Positions 14,336 to 27,350 are shown, counted from the first letter of the whole stretch. The stretch: 63,633 nucleotides of DNA, filler included, from Reticulomyxa filosa (GCA_000512085.1; 18 parts of 18 records of this genome joined end to end with filler, not necessarily neighbours in it), one strand, 5' to 3'. Notes: generated by a model not told the origin, from the sequence alone. Made by a program: numbers and translations.

Positions 14336-14997
14336 TTATGTTGCAAGGTCATCTTTTATCGCTTTAGTATGAAAAAAGAGATCAGCAACCAATGGTAGAT
14401 GATCACTAGGATAGTGTTGATTAGGCATAGGAGGGAACGAGTTGATGGCAGCGAGTTCTTTTCTCTTTCTTCTGTCCACTTTGCTTCATTTGTGTCCACA
14501 TCGCCTTTGGTAGGACGAGGAGGGATATGATACGTCAATCCATTTTGCCAAGGCATTTCAAGAAAGCCACCGACTCTGAACTTGTCATTAAAAAAAATAT
14601 AATCCAAACATCCAGCAAAGGTGTTCGTTTTGGTGGTGAATGGGGGTTCTTTGGAATCGCAAGAGGCTTCTTTGTAAGCTGATTTCCAAATCATTGTTTT
14701 TGGGACACTCCAATCGGGAAGTTGTTTTGCCGCTTCCACATTTTTTTTGCCAATGTACGCTGCAAACTTCCCAACCGCGTCTTCCGTAGTGCTATGCTCA
14801 CTCCAATACGGTACACGTGTGCAAGGATGGTCCAAATGCTCCCGAGGCAATTTTCCAGTTGTCCACAACGTATATACACCACTCACCAAACCTTCTGCAC
14901 ATCACAAGCAATTTAATTGCGCATATTTGTACATTTCTAACATTCACTCACAATCTACCGCTTCGACACAATATAAATATATATGTATGTATACATA

Positions 14998-15031
<34 letters not shown>

Positions 15032-16080
15032 TATGTATAAACAAAATAAAAACCCTTTGGAAGTTTTGGATTGAATATGTCTTCTACGTCTTTAAATGGT
15101 AACGAGTTGGAATCTAATCCGATCACAACAGGTATGGCAGCAAGGTCCAATTTCCATTCATCCTCCATGACCCGATGCAAAGCGTGAGACAAGAGGAAGG
15201 CTTGAGCGGCTTTGAGATCTGGGAAACGTGGGTTCCAAAACAAGTGGGTAGTAACGGCCACAAATTCGGAGTGGTTTTGGAAGCGACAATGCAAGGCGAT
15301 GGCCACGTCGAACTTGGTTTTCAAAGATGATCGAAAGTCGCTCGACAATGGACCCAAGACCTCCGAGTGCTCCTCCCTTTCCGCCTCGCTGCCTAGTCGA
15401 ATCACTTGCCAATTTATCACTTCCACCGTGCTCGTTTTGAAAAATATCGCGTCCGATTGCACCAATGCTCCACGCTCGCTTTGCAACAGATTTGAGGACG
15501 ATATTTCCTTTCTTTCGCCGTGGATACCTCCATAGCCAATCTTGCGCATTTCTTCCGCAATACTTTATTATAACATGTACATATTTTTATATTTTTTTAT
15601 ATTTTTTTTTTTATTTTTATATACAACCGACAAATCAAACACTTTTTGATGTATTGATCTCTCTCTCTCTCTCTCTCTTTCTGAATGTGTGTGCATCTCT
15701 TGCTGTGAATTGCATGCTACAAAATGTATACTAAGCAAAAAAAAAAAAAACAACAACAACAAATCAACACACCTTTGATTATAAGTCCGTGGGGTGGTCT
15801 CTTGCATGCATACAATGTCAGGATCATAGGCTTGAATTTGAGCCAGCACGCGAGGAAAACGGTAGTTCCACTGTCGCTGTTTGATGTCTGTGTATGGATA
15901 GAAGTCGCTTAGGGCGTATGCCTCGCCATCCGCAAGGATGTTGTAGGTCATCACTCGGACACTGGAATGCATAAACGCGCTTGAACGTATCATTCGTTGC
16001 TTGGATTTGTAAAAAGATACGAGGTCGTCATCCTTTTTTTCTTCTCCTCCTCCGCTTTGTCGTTTTATACAACAGCCCAT
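14336..16080 (-). CDS. CCR4/nocturnin/PDE12-family EEP nuclease (3 exons)
   Basis: RVMTYNILAD, DIVCMQE, THLFWNP, GLDSNSLP, CLDYIFF, and YPSDHLPL after a 1-nt shift in an A-run near 14460. N-terminus is MGCC. Confidence 0.9.
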
Positions 16081-16530
16081 TATTATCACACAAAACAATA
16101 CAATTAAATCAAGCCAAGTTCTTCGAAAAATATGAATAATTTGAGCCGTTTCTTTTTTGCTCAGTCAAGATAACAAATTTTGTTTGTTAAAAAAAAAATT
16201 TTTTTCTTTTTTTGACAACGAAGTGCTGCTCCACCCAACAAAGGAAAATAATTGCGAAAAAAATTTGTTGAAGCACGCGCAATAGTTTACATTTTTTATT
16301 TTTTTTTTGGTGAGTTGTCTTGTTTGCACTACCTTTGTCTGCAAAAGAAAAAAGCTTAGAGGACAAACATATAATAAAAACTTCTGTACAATAAAATAAT
16401 TTGGAATTTTTTTCTTCTTTTTCAAACTCTACTAAAAAAAGTAGAAAGTCAGAATAGTAGTTCATATTCTTACTTAAAAAAAAAACTCGAATTTTACTCA
16501 TACTTACTATTTTTTCCCTTTCAGATTAGA

Positions 16531-18560
16531 TATGACATCCAGGAAGATATCCAAGGTCTGTTGACTTATGCGCTGTTTCAAAATAATAAAAAAACACTTT
16601 CAAACAATAAAACAGTGCCATCTGAACTATCGAGTTACACCGTTTTTGTCGAGCTCTTCTCGTCTCTCAGCATATATTTTATACATATATGTACATATCC
16701 ATCTCTATTTTTGTAAAGAGAATTGCAAATTGTTCCTGGGAATAGTTTACCTTGATCTTACATGAGATCATCGTCCCTTCCAACATCCGAAAAAAGTTAT
16801 CAGCCGGCAGTATGTTTTATATAGTTTGGAAACGTGGTCAAGACCAGCCCATCGAATCAAAGCATGCAAAAGTGGACTCGAGCAGCAACAACACATTAGA
16901 CACAGAAAAGTGTATTGTTTGGAAAGAAGTGGAGGAATTAAGTATGAAAAGCACACTAATTAAAGATAAACAAAGTGAGCAATACATGCGTAAGCCCTGT
17001 CGTGTGTTGCTGAAGCAGGTCTACAACAGCACTCATTCCACCGTGGGAGCAGCCAAGTTAGACTTGAGAGACTACGTATCCTGCAAAGAACCCACTTCGA
17101 TTGACATTCACTTTACCAAATGGTCTCGTTTACATCTGTGTTTGTTTGTGTGCATGCGCATGTATACGTACGTGCCACGTTGCTCACCGATCCTCTGTTG
17201 CTACAATACAAGCAAAAAAAAAAAAGGAATTTTTTTATTTTGTTTATGTTTATGTTTTTCCGCTTGCTTTGACAGCAATATTACAGATATCTGTTTGAAA
17301 GCAACAATCACTGCTGTATTATTAGATGACGAGTTAATGCTTTGCCAACAAAATCAAATATTATATATGTATATAATATTTGATTTTGTTGCAAAATGCG
17401 AAAATGAAATTTTTCAAACTAAAGGTAAACATATCCTTTTCAGTACAAAACAAACATACGTGCAAATAGCACAGACGAAGAGGATGATTGCATGAGTGTT
17501 ATATCGACACGTACGGTGGACGTAGAAGGACTGAACCTGGAATGTGATGACTCCAGTAGCCCGCCGTTGGTGTCGGAGAACACGCAACAACATTCATTGA
17601 GCATGTGCCAGCCGCTTGTGCAGACTCATGAGGACTTTGTACACATACGTCGTCGCTCACGTCATGCCAGTGGCGAGTACGGACTCTCTTCTATCCCCTC
17701 CACCTCTTATCTCGACGCTTCTGTTGACGCAGCTCCGGAAACACACTCTTTCTTGCCATTCACTGCTCACAAAAGGAGCAGAAGCACGGGGCAAACACAA
17801 TTCTCCGACTTAGTATGTCGTTATATTTGTGCTTGTGTATACGTATACTTTTTTTTTCTCATTTCGAATGGAAGCTTTGATGCAACCAAGAGAAAGTTTG
17901 TGGTAGAGAGCAAAATATTTGGATAGCAAATAAGGATAGAACGAGGGATTTTGGGATTTAGGACCAATGTTTTAAATGATGATGTTGTTGTCTCTTCTTT
18001 CTTTCTATTCAAATAGTTTCGCCAAAATGCACAATTGGAAACAAAACTAAAAACTCAAGAAAATGAAAAAAAACAGCTTGTTACGCAAATACAAGACCTG
18101 ACAAACAAATGCAGTATACGTAAGTGTTTCTGCAAAAAAAAAAAAAAAAATGTTTCCAATTCAAATAAAAATGGAAAGTAAATACATATTTTAATATTTA
18201 CAGTTTCATTGCAACATATATGTATATGTTTATCTATTTAGTTTCGTTAAAGTGCAATGAGTTGGAAAAAGAAAAAAAAGAACAAGTCGACGTATTTGAA
18301 AATGAGCGCAACGCATTGAAAGCGCAGCTGACTGATCTCGAAGAAGAAATGATGCAATGCACGACAGATCTGAAATCTACAAAGACAACGAATGCGCAAA
18401 TGCAGGAACAGATTTCTCGTCAAGTCAAAAAATATAATGAATTGGTCAATGTTTTGTCAACAGTTTCGCATTTGTTTCTTTTTTTTTTTTTTTACACAAA
18501 TATATATACATATATTTTAGTTTTATCTCCTCTCCTTTTTTTGCTAATGTAGAAACAAAA
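16531..18560 (+). CDS. NT-C2 (EEIG1/EHBP1-type) domain protein with coiled coil, 3' truncated
   Basis: YIVWKRG...VWKEVEELSMKSTL...TVGAAKLDLRDYV is the NT-C2 pattern. Spliced exons continue into a coiled coil. Confidence 0.8.
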
Positions 18561-19059
18561 AATAAATTAATTAANNNNNNNNNNNNNNNNNNNNNNNNNN
18601 NNNNNNNNNNNNNNNNNNTTAATTAATTAANNNNNNNNNNNNNNNNNNNNNNNNNNNNNNNNNNNNNNNNNNNNGATGAAGTTATTTCAAATGAAGTAAA
18701 AAATAATTTTTTTGAAATGAACGCTTTATTTCAATAAAAGAAGATTTGAAATTAAGTAATATGATTTTTGTTTAGTCTAAAGAAAAAAAAACAAGTATCA
18801 ATACTTGAAATGCCCATTTCAAATATTTTTATGAGATCTGAACCTTTGATTCAATATGAAATTTGTTTTATATCAAAATAATGAATGTAATAAATTTAAT
18901 TTAAATAAGGTAATTGAATTATTTGTATCAATGATGGCAAAGCATATAATGACAAAATGATAGAATTTGAAAAGAAAATTTTGGAAAAATTTAATGAATA
19001 ATTTGTATGTAGGTCCCTATACTAGATTTATTTTTCGTCTTTTTGGTAATCACTTAAAG

Positions 19060-19197
19060 TTTTTCTATTGCTTTCCAGCAAGGGTTAATCGCCGTTGGAA
19101 TGCCTTTCTTGTCTTGGACTTTACCTTGACGTTTTAGATCGTGTCATCGGATTCAACGTCTAAGATAATGGTCTTGCCAGTCAAGTTCTTCACAAAG
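19060..19197 (-). pseudogene. Ubiquitin pseudogene fragment
   Basis: Reverse strand reads FVKNLTGKTIILDVESDDTI*NVK / KVQDKKGIP / RLTLAGKQ*, i.e. ubiquitin residues ~4-50 with stops and frameshifts. Confidence 0.85.
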
Positions 19198-19664
19198 TTA
19201 TATGTTAATATTTCTAAATTATATCTTATGTGTTATTGATCATTTGGTCGTGTATTTGAAAGTGGAAGTAGGAATAATCTAATATAAAACAGTGGGTAAA
19301 AATTATTTCTTTTCATAACTCTTCTAGCAATAGCATTATCTTTTTCCATTTACATTTCAATTCAAAGTTTATCTTAAGCATTTCTATTACTTTTCAAAAT
19401 TATTAAATGTGTTTCATTATTTTTCTTTTTTTTTGTCAAAAACAGAATGACTTTAAAAGAATTTTTTGTTGAATGAAATATACAAACAACAAAATTGTGT
19501 GCATGGATAATTAGATCATATTGTGTTCTTAATATGGCTCATCATTTTGAATCAAATTAATCAATTTAAGTATTACATTTTGTTATTTCATCAACATAAT
19601 TACTTGATTAATATTATTTCATTTAGTTTATTTTCATTGAAAATCGATATTGCTTTGTGTGTGT

Positions 19665-19813
19665 GCTATTTTTGTTGTTAGTTTTACTTTGCAATGATCA
19701 TGTTGTTGAATTGGACATTTTCCATTATTCTGTTTTAAATATTTTTGTATACATTGTTCTCCAACCAAATAAATTTGATCGGTATTCTCATGTTCATTAC
19801 AATGTAATTCCAG
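19665..19813 (-). pseudogene. Isolated RING/zinc-finger half-domain fragment
   Basis: LELHCNEHENTDQIYLVGEQCIQKYLKQNNGKCPIQQHDHCK followed by a stop, with no N-terminal CxxC. Confidence 0.6.
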
Positions 19814-20449
19814 AATAATATCTCATCTTAAGATACTTCTATCTATGCAGCAGCTGTTAAAAGATGTTCAGAATTGAAGTGCACTAACTCAACCATTGTA
19901 TTAAAATTGTAAAAAGCGAGTATATTCTTCTAGATATCATATTTTATATGGATAAATTTGATTTGTAAAAACATTATTTGATGGTTAAAGAAACAACAAT
20001 TGTTCAAATAAAATTAATATCTAAATATTTTATATAATGTATATTTATCTTTCATTTTAAAAATTTTTTTTTATGTAAGTTTTTCCTTTTATAAACAAAA
20101 GTTCAACCAGTTTTTTCATTTTGCATCATCAAACAACATCTCAACAGAAAAGCAAAAGAAATTACAATAATGAACTTAAACTTATCAATCAAAGTTGAGT
20201 CCAAGTTGTCTTTAAGTTTTTATTCTTTATTTTATTTATCGCTATTACGNNNNNNNNNNNNNNNNNNNNNNNNNNNNNNNNNNNNNNNNNNNNTTAATTA
20301 ATTAANNNNNNNNNNNNNNNNNNNNNNNNNNNNNNNNNNNNNNNNNNNNATATATATATATATTTATATATATATATATATGTATATGTTATATGCTTGC
20401 AAATAAAAATGAAAAAGTTTGAAGAAAAAAAAAATTTTTTTTTTTTTTG

Positions 20450-21719
20450 ATTCATTGAACCTTCAAAGTGAACAAAGGGGGAATAACCTTTACATTAAAA
20501 AAAAAAAAAAAAAAATATGGTGGAATGAATGAGAAATAGAGTTCGTTGGAAATGCAAATGTTGTATGCGATGTTCCGCATAACGCTGCTAAGCGCGTTGC
20601 TCGACGTGGACCTGATGGAGTTTGCGGCATGGTCGTTGATGGACGAGCTGATGGTGTTTCTGAAGTCGCTGGCATTAGTATGTATACTCCGAAGCAAAAT
20701 GGTGCCTGGAGTGGACGTTGAGTGCCACAACCTGTCGTATTACAAAATGCTGTTGTACACGTGTGTGCTGCTATTCGCCAATGTGTTCAACTTTGCCATC
20801 AACAGAAGCGTCATTCTAATATCTCGGGACATTGTCGATTGGAAGCATTTGACCCTGTTGATCTTCGACGCCGTCGCCCTGTGCGGGGACACCTTCCATG
20901 GACTGTCATTGATCATGATCAACTTGGGAATAAAAATTAATAAGAAATGGGCAAAAAATGCGTTTCGTTTGCTTCACACTTTTTTTTTTTAAAAAAAAAA
21001 AAAAAATTATATATATATTGATTAATTGATTTGATTGTTTATTTTTTATTATTATTATTATTTATCATTGGCTTGTAGCGACATTTGGGTATATTACAGC
21101 GACTTGCTGTGGACGGCCTTGCTAAGTATGGTGCACTTGTGCTATTATTGCTTCGTTTGGAGCATCCATGGACTATCGCTGTCTGTCATCGACTTTTTGC
21201 TTGTTTTGAAAATTCGATCGTGCGTCAAAGCCATCCACGATTCCTTTTCCAATTACATCAGCTTCAGCACCATCATCAATCGCATCAACAACCAGTTCGA
21301 AAATGCCACTCCTGCAGAACTGCAAGACGAAATTTGCGGCATTTGTCGCGATGAAATGCACTCTGCCAAAAAATTGCCATGCAAACATATGTTTCATTTG
21401 TTTCGTGTTTTTTTTTTTTTTTTGTGCATATATTACAAATATATATATATATATACATGTATATGCATGTTTATATGTTTGCTGCATGCTTGCATTTAAA
21501 CCTTGATCACACAGACGATGTCTTACCAATTGGATGCGATACAAAAGAATATGTCCTGTTTGTCGCCGTAATTTGATGAATGACAACAACACAGATTATA
21601 GCAATAATAACAACAACAACCATATTCCAAATAATCACAGCAATCCAAATCTTATGAATCCTATCATTTTGGATAATTTAGATAACTTGCCAAATAATCC
21701 CATCGATAACAATAATAAT
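20450..21719 (+). CDS. HRD1/gp78(AMFR)-like multi-TM RING-H2 E3 ubiquitin ligase (partial)
   Basis: Several TM segments, then CGICRDEMHSAKKLPCKHMFHL|RCLTNWMRYKRICPVCR across an intron, followed by an Asn-rich tail. Confidence 0.85.
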
Positions 21720-21844
21720 NNNNNNNNNNNNNNNNNNNNNNNNNNNNNNNNNNNNNNNNNNNNTTAATTAATTAANNNNNNNNNNNNNNNNNNNNNNNNN
21801 NNNNNNNNNNNNNNNNNNNTATTTATTTATTTATTTATTTATAG

Positions 21845-22143
21845 GTGGTGCGTTGGAAGAACCTCCAGAAGACTTGAAACCGTTTTTGAAAATGCTAAAG
21901 GTGGGCGTTCCAAAAACCGCGGTGATGAATAAAATGCAGGCGGCTGGACTCGATCCTGCACTACTGGACCAATACGGCGATGGAAATCAAGCCAAAGCCG
22001 ACAATGCAAGCGCTGCTGCGAGCAGACCTCCAAATCCTATGGTGGCCGCCTTGAAGGCTAGAAATGCTGCTGCGTCATCAACTCAAGAGTCCACAGGAAG
22101 TGGAGGGCCACCTCCACCACCACCTGTTCCTCGTCCCCCTTCG
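21845..22143 (+). CDS. Exon with WASHC3/CCDC53-like helical motif and polyproline (actin-regulator or formin-like fragment)
   Basis: KPFLKMLKVGVPKTAVMNKMQAAGLDPALLD followed by GPPPPPPVP. Confidence 0.65.
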
Positions 22144-22540
22144 TAAAAAAAAAAAAAATTTGTAAAGTGTCATTGGTGTGATGTGTGATGCGTGATAATA
22201 TGTGTGTTTTTACTTGTTTTTGGTGTTTGTGAACTTCCTTTCCACTTTTTTTTTTTTTTGGATTGCTTGCAATGTGCTGGCAGCATTCCTTCACTTTAAA
22301 TAAAATTCAAAAGATAAACTTTACATCTCGTCAAAACTGCTTATACTTTGTTGCAAAATTGTTATTCAAGACAATAGTGGTCATTGCGCTACTTAGTAAA
22401 AAAAAAAAGAGGCTAGTGAATTGAAGCTTATTGCTAGTATCCAAAAATCAGCCAAAACTATAACTGAAAAAAAAAAAAAGGGGGAAAAAAAACTAGGTGA
22501 AAAGAAATTTCGAGTAATTGTTTTTTGATCTTCAAGAAGT

Positions 22541-25500
22541 ATGTCATTTCAGGCGTCAGTTTGTATTGAAAACAAAACGTATAAAGTGACACTTACCTGG
22601 TTGTCCTTAAAACTTTTGAAAGACAAAGTGAAAGAATTAATAATAACTAATCAACACAAGCCGAAAGACACCGAGTTTGATTTTACAATTAGTGATGCAA
22701 ATGGTCAACCCATTGACAATTTTTCAAAACTTCGAACTGTGTTTGAAACTAATCCTGTTAATTTTTTGGTTAATTTTGGCGACAGTTTTGTGTTGATTTG
22801 CTTTTTATTTTGAAAAAAAAAAAAAAAAAAACATTGGGACACAAATAAACAGAAAACAATGACGAAGAAAAAAAGAATTCAGAACAAAGACAAGAAGATG
22901 AAACAAAAGAAGAAAGCCAGCAAACATTGAATCAAGCTGTAGCTATTCACAAGGAAAAGAATTTGGAAAATGAAAGTAACGAGAAAGATGAAAATAAAAA
23001 AATGGAACCTGCTCAAAGCAAGGAATGGAATGAAGCAAATAAAAAAGCTCGTGGAATGGTGGAGGAAATGATTGACAAGAAACAAAAAGGAATTGTTGTT
23101 GTCGCAACAAATATTGATCAATTGGCAAAAGCAAATAAGCAACAACAATCTCAAAAGGATGTTGTTTTTTTTTTTACGATGATGATTAATTCGGCTCAAT
23201 ATATGAAAAACAAATTGGTGATTTCGCCATATACTGTTTATTTATTTCATTCCAATGTTATCACTTTTGATGATATTACGATTGATGGATGCGTTTATGT
23301 TATCGATTGCAGAGTCAATGGAATTGAAAATTGTCACATTACTCAACAAGTAATCTATACTGAAGAGGCTTGCTTTCGGCTAGGTGCTGTTCATGAAAAA
23401 CATGGAAGATATGATAAAGCAATTGAATATTATGAAAAAGCATTGAAAATTGAAATGGATAAATTGGAATCACAAAATGCAAGAATTATTGACTTATACA
23501 ATCGTGTAGGATTTACTTATAAAAAAAAGACAATATGATAAAGCAATTGAATATTTTGAAAAAGCATTACAACTTAGAATAGAGACACTGGGAGCAGATC
23601 ACATTGCTGTCTCTAATTCGTACACTACTTTAGGAAATGTTTGTAAACAAACAGAAGAATATGATAAAGCAATTGAATATTATGAAAAGTCAATAACAAT
23701 CAAAATAAATAAATTAGGACCAGATCACGCTGAACTTGAGCCTTTGTACATAGATGTGGGACTTGCTTATCAACGCAAAGGAGAAAGCAACAAAGCAATT
23801 CCATATTTTGAAAAATCTACAAAAATTTGGGCAGAAAAACCAGGTGAAGATCAAGTTGCAATTGCATCAACGCTTAATTTATTTGGGCAATCATACTTTT
23901 TGAAAGGAGAGTATGATAAAGCGATAGAATATTTTGAAAAAGAATTGAAAATACAACTGAAACAATTTGGTGAAAATGACCCATCTGTTGCAAGATCATA
24001 CAATCAATTGGGATTAGTGTTGATAAAGGGAAAAGGCCAAATAAATGAATCCAAAGAATATGCAGACAAAGCTTTGAAGATTCTAATGAATAATAAAAGT
24101 AATGATTTTGATTTGGATATTGCAAATTCATATGATATTTTGGGACTGATTTTGGAAAAAAAAGGAACAAATGACAAAGCAATTGAACATTTTGAAAAAT
24201 CATTAGAAATCAGACTAAAAAAGCTTGATAATGATGATCAAGATATTGCCTGGTCTTTTCATTATTTGTCAAATGCATTCAAAAATAAAAATGATTTGAA
24301 CAAATCGATTGAATTTGGTGAGAAAGCGTTACATTTGAGATTGAAAAAATTTGATTCTAACGATCCATGTGTTGGTGAATCATATACTCTTTTAGGAGAT
24401 ATTTATTTTGCAAAAGGAGATAAAGTTAAAGCAAAAAAGTATTATGACGATGCAATATTGATTTTTACTGAACATTTTGGTGAGAATAATCAAAAAACAC
24501 AAAATATTAAATTAGCGCTGGAAAAGATTGATCAAGTTTAACTGTCTTTGTTGTTGTTTCATTGAATTGAAATAAAAACATAAAAAAATAAAACAAAGGG
24601 AAAAGAAGAGAAAAAGAAATGGATGAAATGGTGGAAAGAAAGAAATGAAAAAGATAAATCAGAAATAATTAAACAATTTGAACAATTATCAACAACAGAT
24701 TTTGAAATGTGGTTATTACAGCAAAGTAAATGGAAGAATAATTTTAATCGTGAAAATATTTCTGCCATTTGTATTGCAATTGAATCTTATATTCACTATC
24801 ATGTTTTGTATTTTTATGTATTGCAAATAATAAAAGTATAATGAATTTTATGTGCTTTGTTTAATTAAATTGAATAGGAAAATGAAGAAAAGAAACAAGA
24901 GGAAGTTATTTGTTTATTTTTATTTTCATTTTTTTTTTATGTTTTGATAAATAACAAGAATAATTGCAAAAATAGTTTGAAGCATATCTAACAGTAAACA
25001 AAGATACAAAAACTATAAAAATGAAAGAATTAACTTTTGAAGAACTTCTTCGTCAAAGCTATTCATGTTTGAGTTCAAAAGATTTCCAAAAAATAAATAA
25101 TGAAAATTTAAAAATGCAATTGATGGATATGCAAGATAATATTATTGAATCAGATGAAGCTGTAAAAAAAGAATTTAAAAAAAATAAGCCTTCATTTAAA
25201 TTAAATTGGGTATCATTTCAACAATCAATAATAAAAGGAGAAAATAAAATAATAAAAAATGGATTAGTAATAATGATTGGTATAAGTGAATATGATAAAA
25301 ATATGGGATGGCCTAATCTTCGAAATGTAAAAGAAAAGGATATTATTAATTTTAAACAATTATTTAAAGAAGAATTGAAATATGAATTTGTATGCAATGA
25401 ATCTCCAAAAATGACAAAAGAAGAAGTTCAAGATTTTATGGATCAAATAATAATAAATTATAAACTTCGTAAAAATATAAATAGTTATGATGGATTAATA

Positions 25501-25980
25501 ATGATTGTTTGTGGACATGGAGATGATGGAAATGTATTAGTAACAAGTGATGGAAAATATGTATCAATTGATAAAATACGAGCTTCATTTAATTGTCATG
25601 AAATGGAATCATTCAAAAATTTTCCTAAAATATTTATTATTGATGCTTGTCGTGGTCAAAATATTCCAAAATCACATGAAATTGTAATGAGAGGAAATGA
25701 AAATGCAAATAAAAACTTGCCAATATATGGGCATAATGATGATGGTTTTTTAACTATTTGGTCAACAACTAAAGGATTTCAAGTTGGTGATTTGTCTTTA
25801 TTAAGTAAAAATATTAAAGATATTGTTATATCTAAATATAAAACTGGCTATCCTTTTAAACAAATGTTACAAGATATTCGAAAAGAGATTCGCAACAGTA
25901 AAAGTGGTGAATTGTATTGTGTGGAAAGTCAAGACACTACTTCTTATGACATTGTTTTTTCTGCAAGAAAAATCTATTAA
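22541..25980 (+). CDS. PB1-like / 9x TPR / helical domain / PB1-like / caspase-like (peptidase C14) fusion protein
   Basis: Predicted exons 22541-22784, 22853-24535, 24599-24802, 24878-24904 and 24976-25980. All junctions are GT..AG and in frame, with one 1-nt shift in the A8 run at 23521-23528. Catalytic His in CGHG (25516) and Cys in DACRG (25648). Confidence 0.8.
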
Positions 25981-26377
25981 AACACATTTCTTTTTTTTTT
26001 AAAAAGGACACGTCTGATTTGTGTTGTAAAGGTTACATTTTTTCAATTTGATGTTTAGCGCCTAATCAGGAATAGAAGGAAGGGTACAACAAACATATTA
26101 CTTTCGGCATTTTAAGTCCGCGTAATGTAATTTGCACACCGTTTTTTTTTTGTACTAATTGATACCACATCAATTTCTGCCAAATTTGAATTGAGCATAA
26201 TTGTTTCGTTCTTTTGCCTTCCTTTTCACTTTCAACCCTCAGACAAATTCGAAACTGAAAGTACAAAAATAAGTGAGTGTGTTTGTCCTTCAACTTTACA
26301 ATAGAAGCTCTTTTTAAGGAAAAAAAACGCTACCGCATAAAAAAAAACTTGATAGAAATAAACAATCAAAAAAAAAA

Positions 26378-27093
26378 ATGAATGAAGCAATGAAAAGAGA
26401 ACTTAACACTAAACTTTTTGAAAACGAAGAATTGAAAGGAGATTTGGAATTACCTGGGGAAATGGACAAGCGACTCAAAGACATTTCTACATTGGAACGA
26501 CGAGGCAAATCAAAAAACATCAATATGCCAATACACCATAAGGAAAAAAAAAACCTAAGTGTTGAAGATAAAAGCAATGAAGATGAACAAAAACACGGCA
26601 ACAATGACAATAAAAACACTTTGTTGTCATCTTCATTTCTTTCTGACAATTCACTAGTGACCCTCAAAGGACACAAGAATTATGTATGGAGCGTTGACTA
26701 TTTGCCATTTGATGATCGGCATTATCTTTGTTCTGGATCAGAGGATAACAAAATTTGTGTATGGGATATTGACAACGCTGAAAAATTGAACATTTTGAAT
26801 ATGCATTCGAGTTATGTGTTTTGTGTGAAATTTTCACCGTATCATACCAGTCCTACGATTTGTTCAGCATCGTGGGACAAAACCATTCGTTTCTGGGATT
26901 TGAAAGCGTCTGAAGAAATTCAAATATTGAATGAACACACAAATGGTGTTTGTAGTATTCAATTTTCGCCATTTAATGGTGGTCGATATTTATGTTCTGG
27001 ATCGGGTGATAATACCATTCGGTTATGGGATATGGAGATGAGTAAATCGTTACATGTTTTCAATGGACATGAAGATTATGTTTGGTGTGTTGA
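26378..27093 (+). CDS. WD40-repeat protein (3' truncated)
   Basis: Repeated GH...VWSV...LCSGSEDNKICVWD / ICSASWDKTIRFWD / LCSGSGDNTIRLWD. Confidence 0.92.
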
Positions 27094-27350
27094 NNNNNNN
27101 NNNNNNNNNNNNNNNNNNNNNNNNNNNNNNNNNNNNNTTAATTAATTAANNNNNNNNNNNNNNNNNNNNNNNNNNNNNNNNNNNNNNNNNNNNATACAAC
27201 AAAAAAAAAAAAAAATGAAAAAGCGCAAGAATCATTTATTTGAGGGGGGGGGGGGATGATAAGCAAAAAAAACATATATATGTACACATACATACATAAC
27301 ATATGTGTATATGTATACGCATACATATATATCGACTTTTTTTTGTTAAG

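Noticed and set aside
26378-27093. WD40 gene as a dedicated partner of the adjacent TPR-caspase gene
   Set aside because: Proximity is the only evidence, and WD40 genes of this type look like a large dispersed family.
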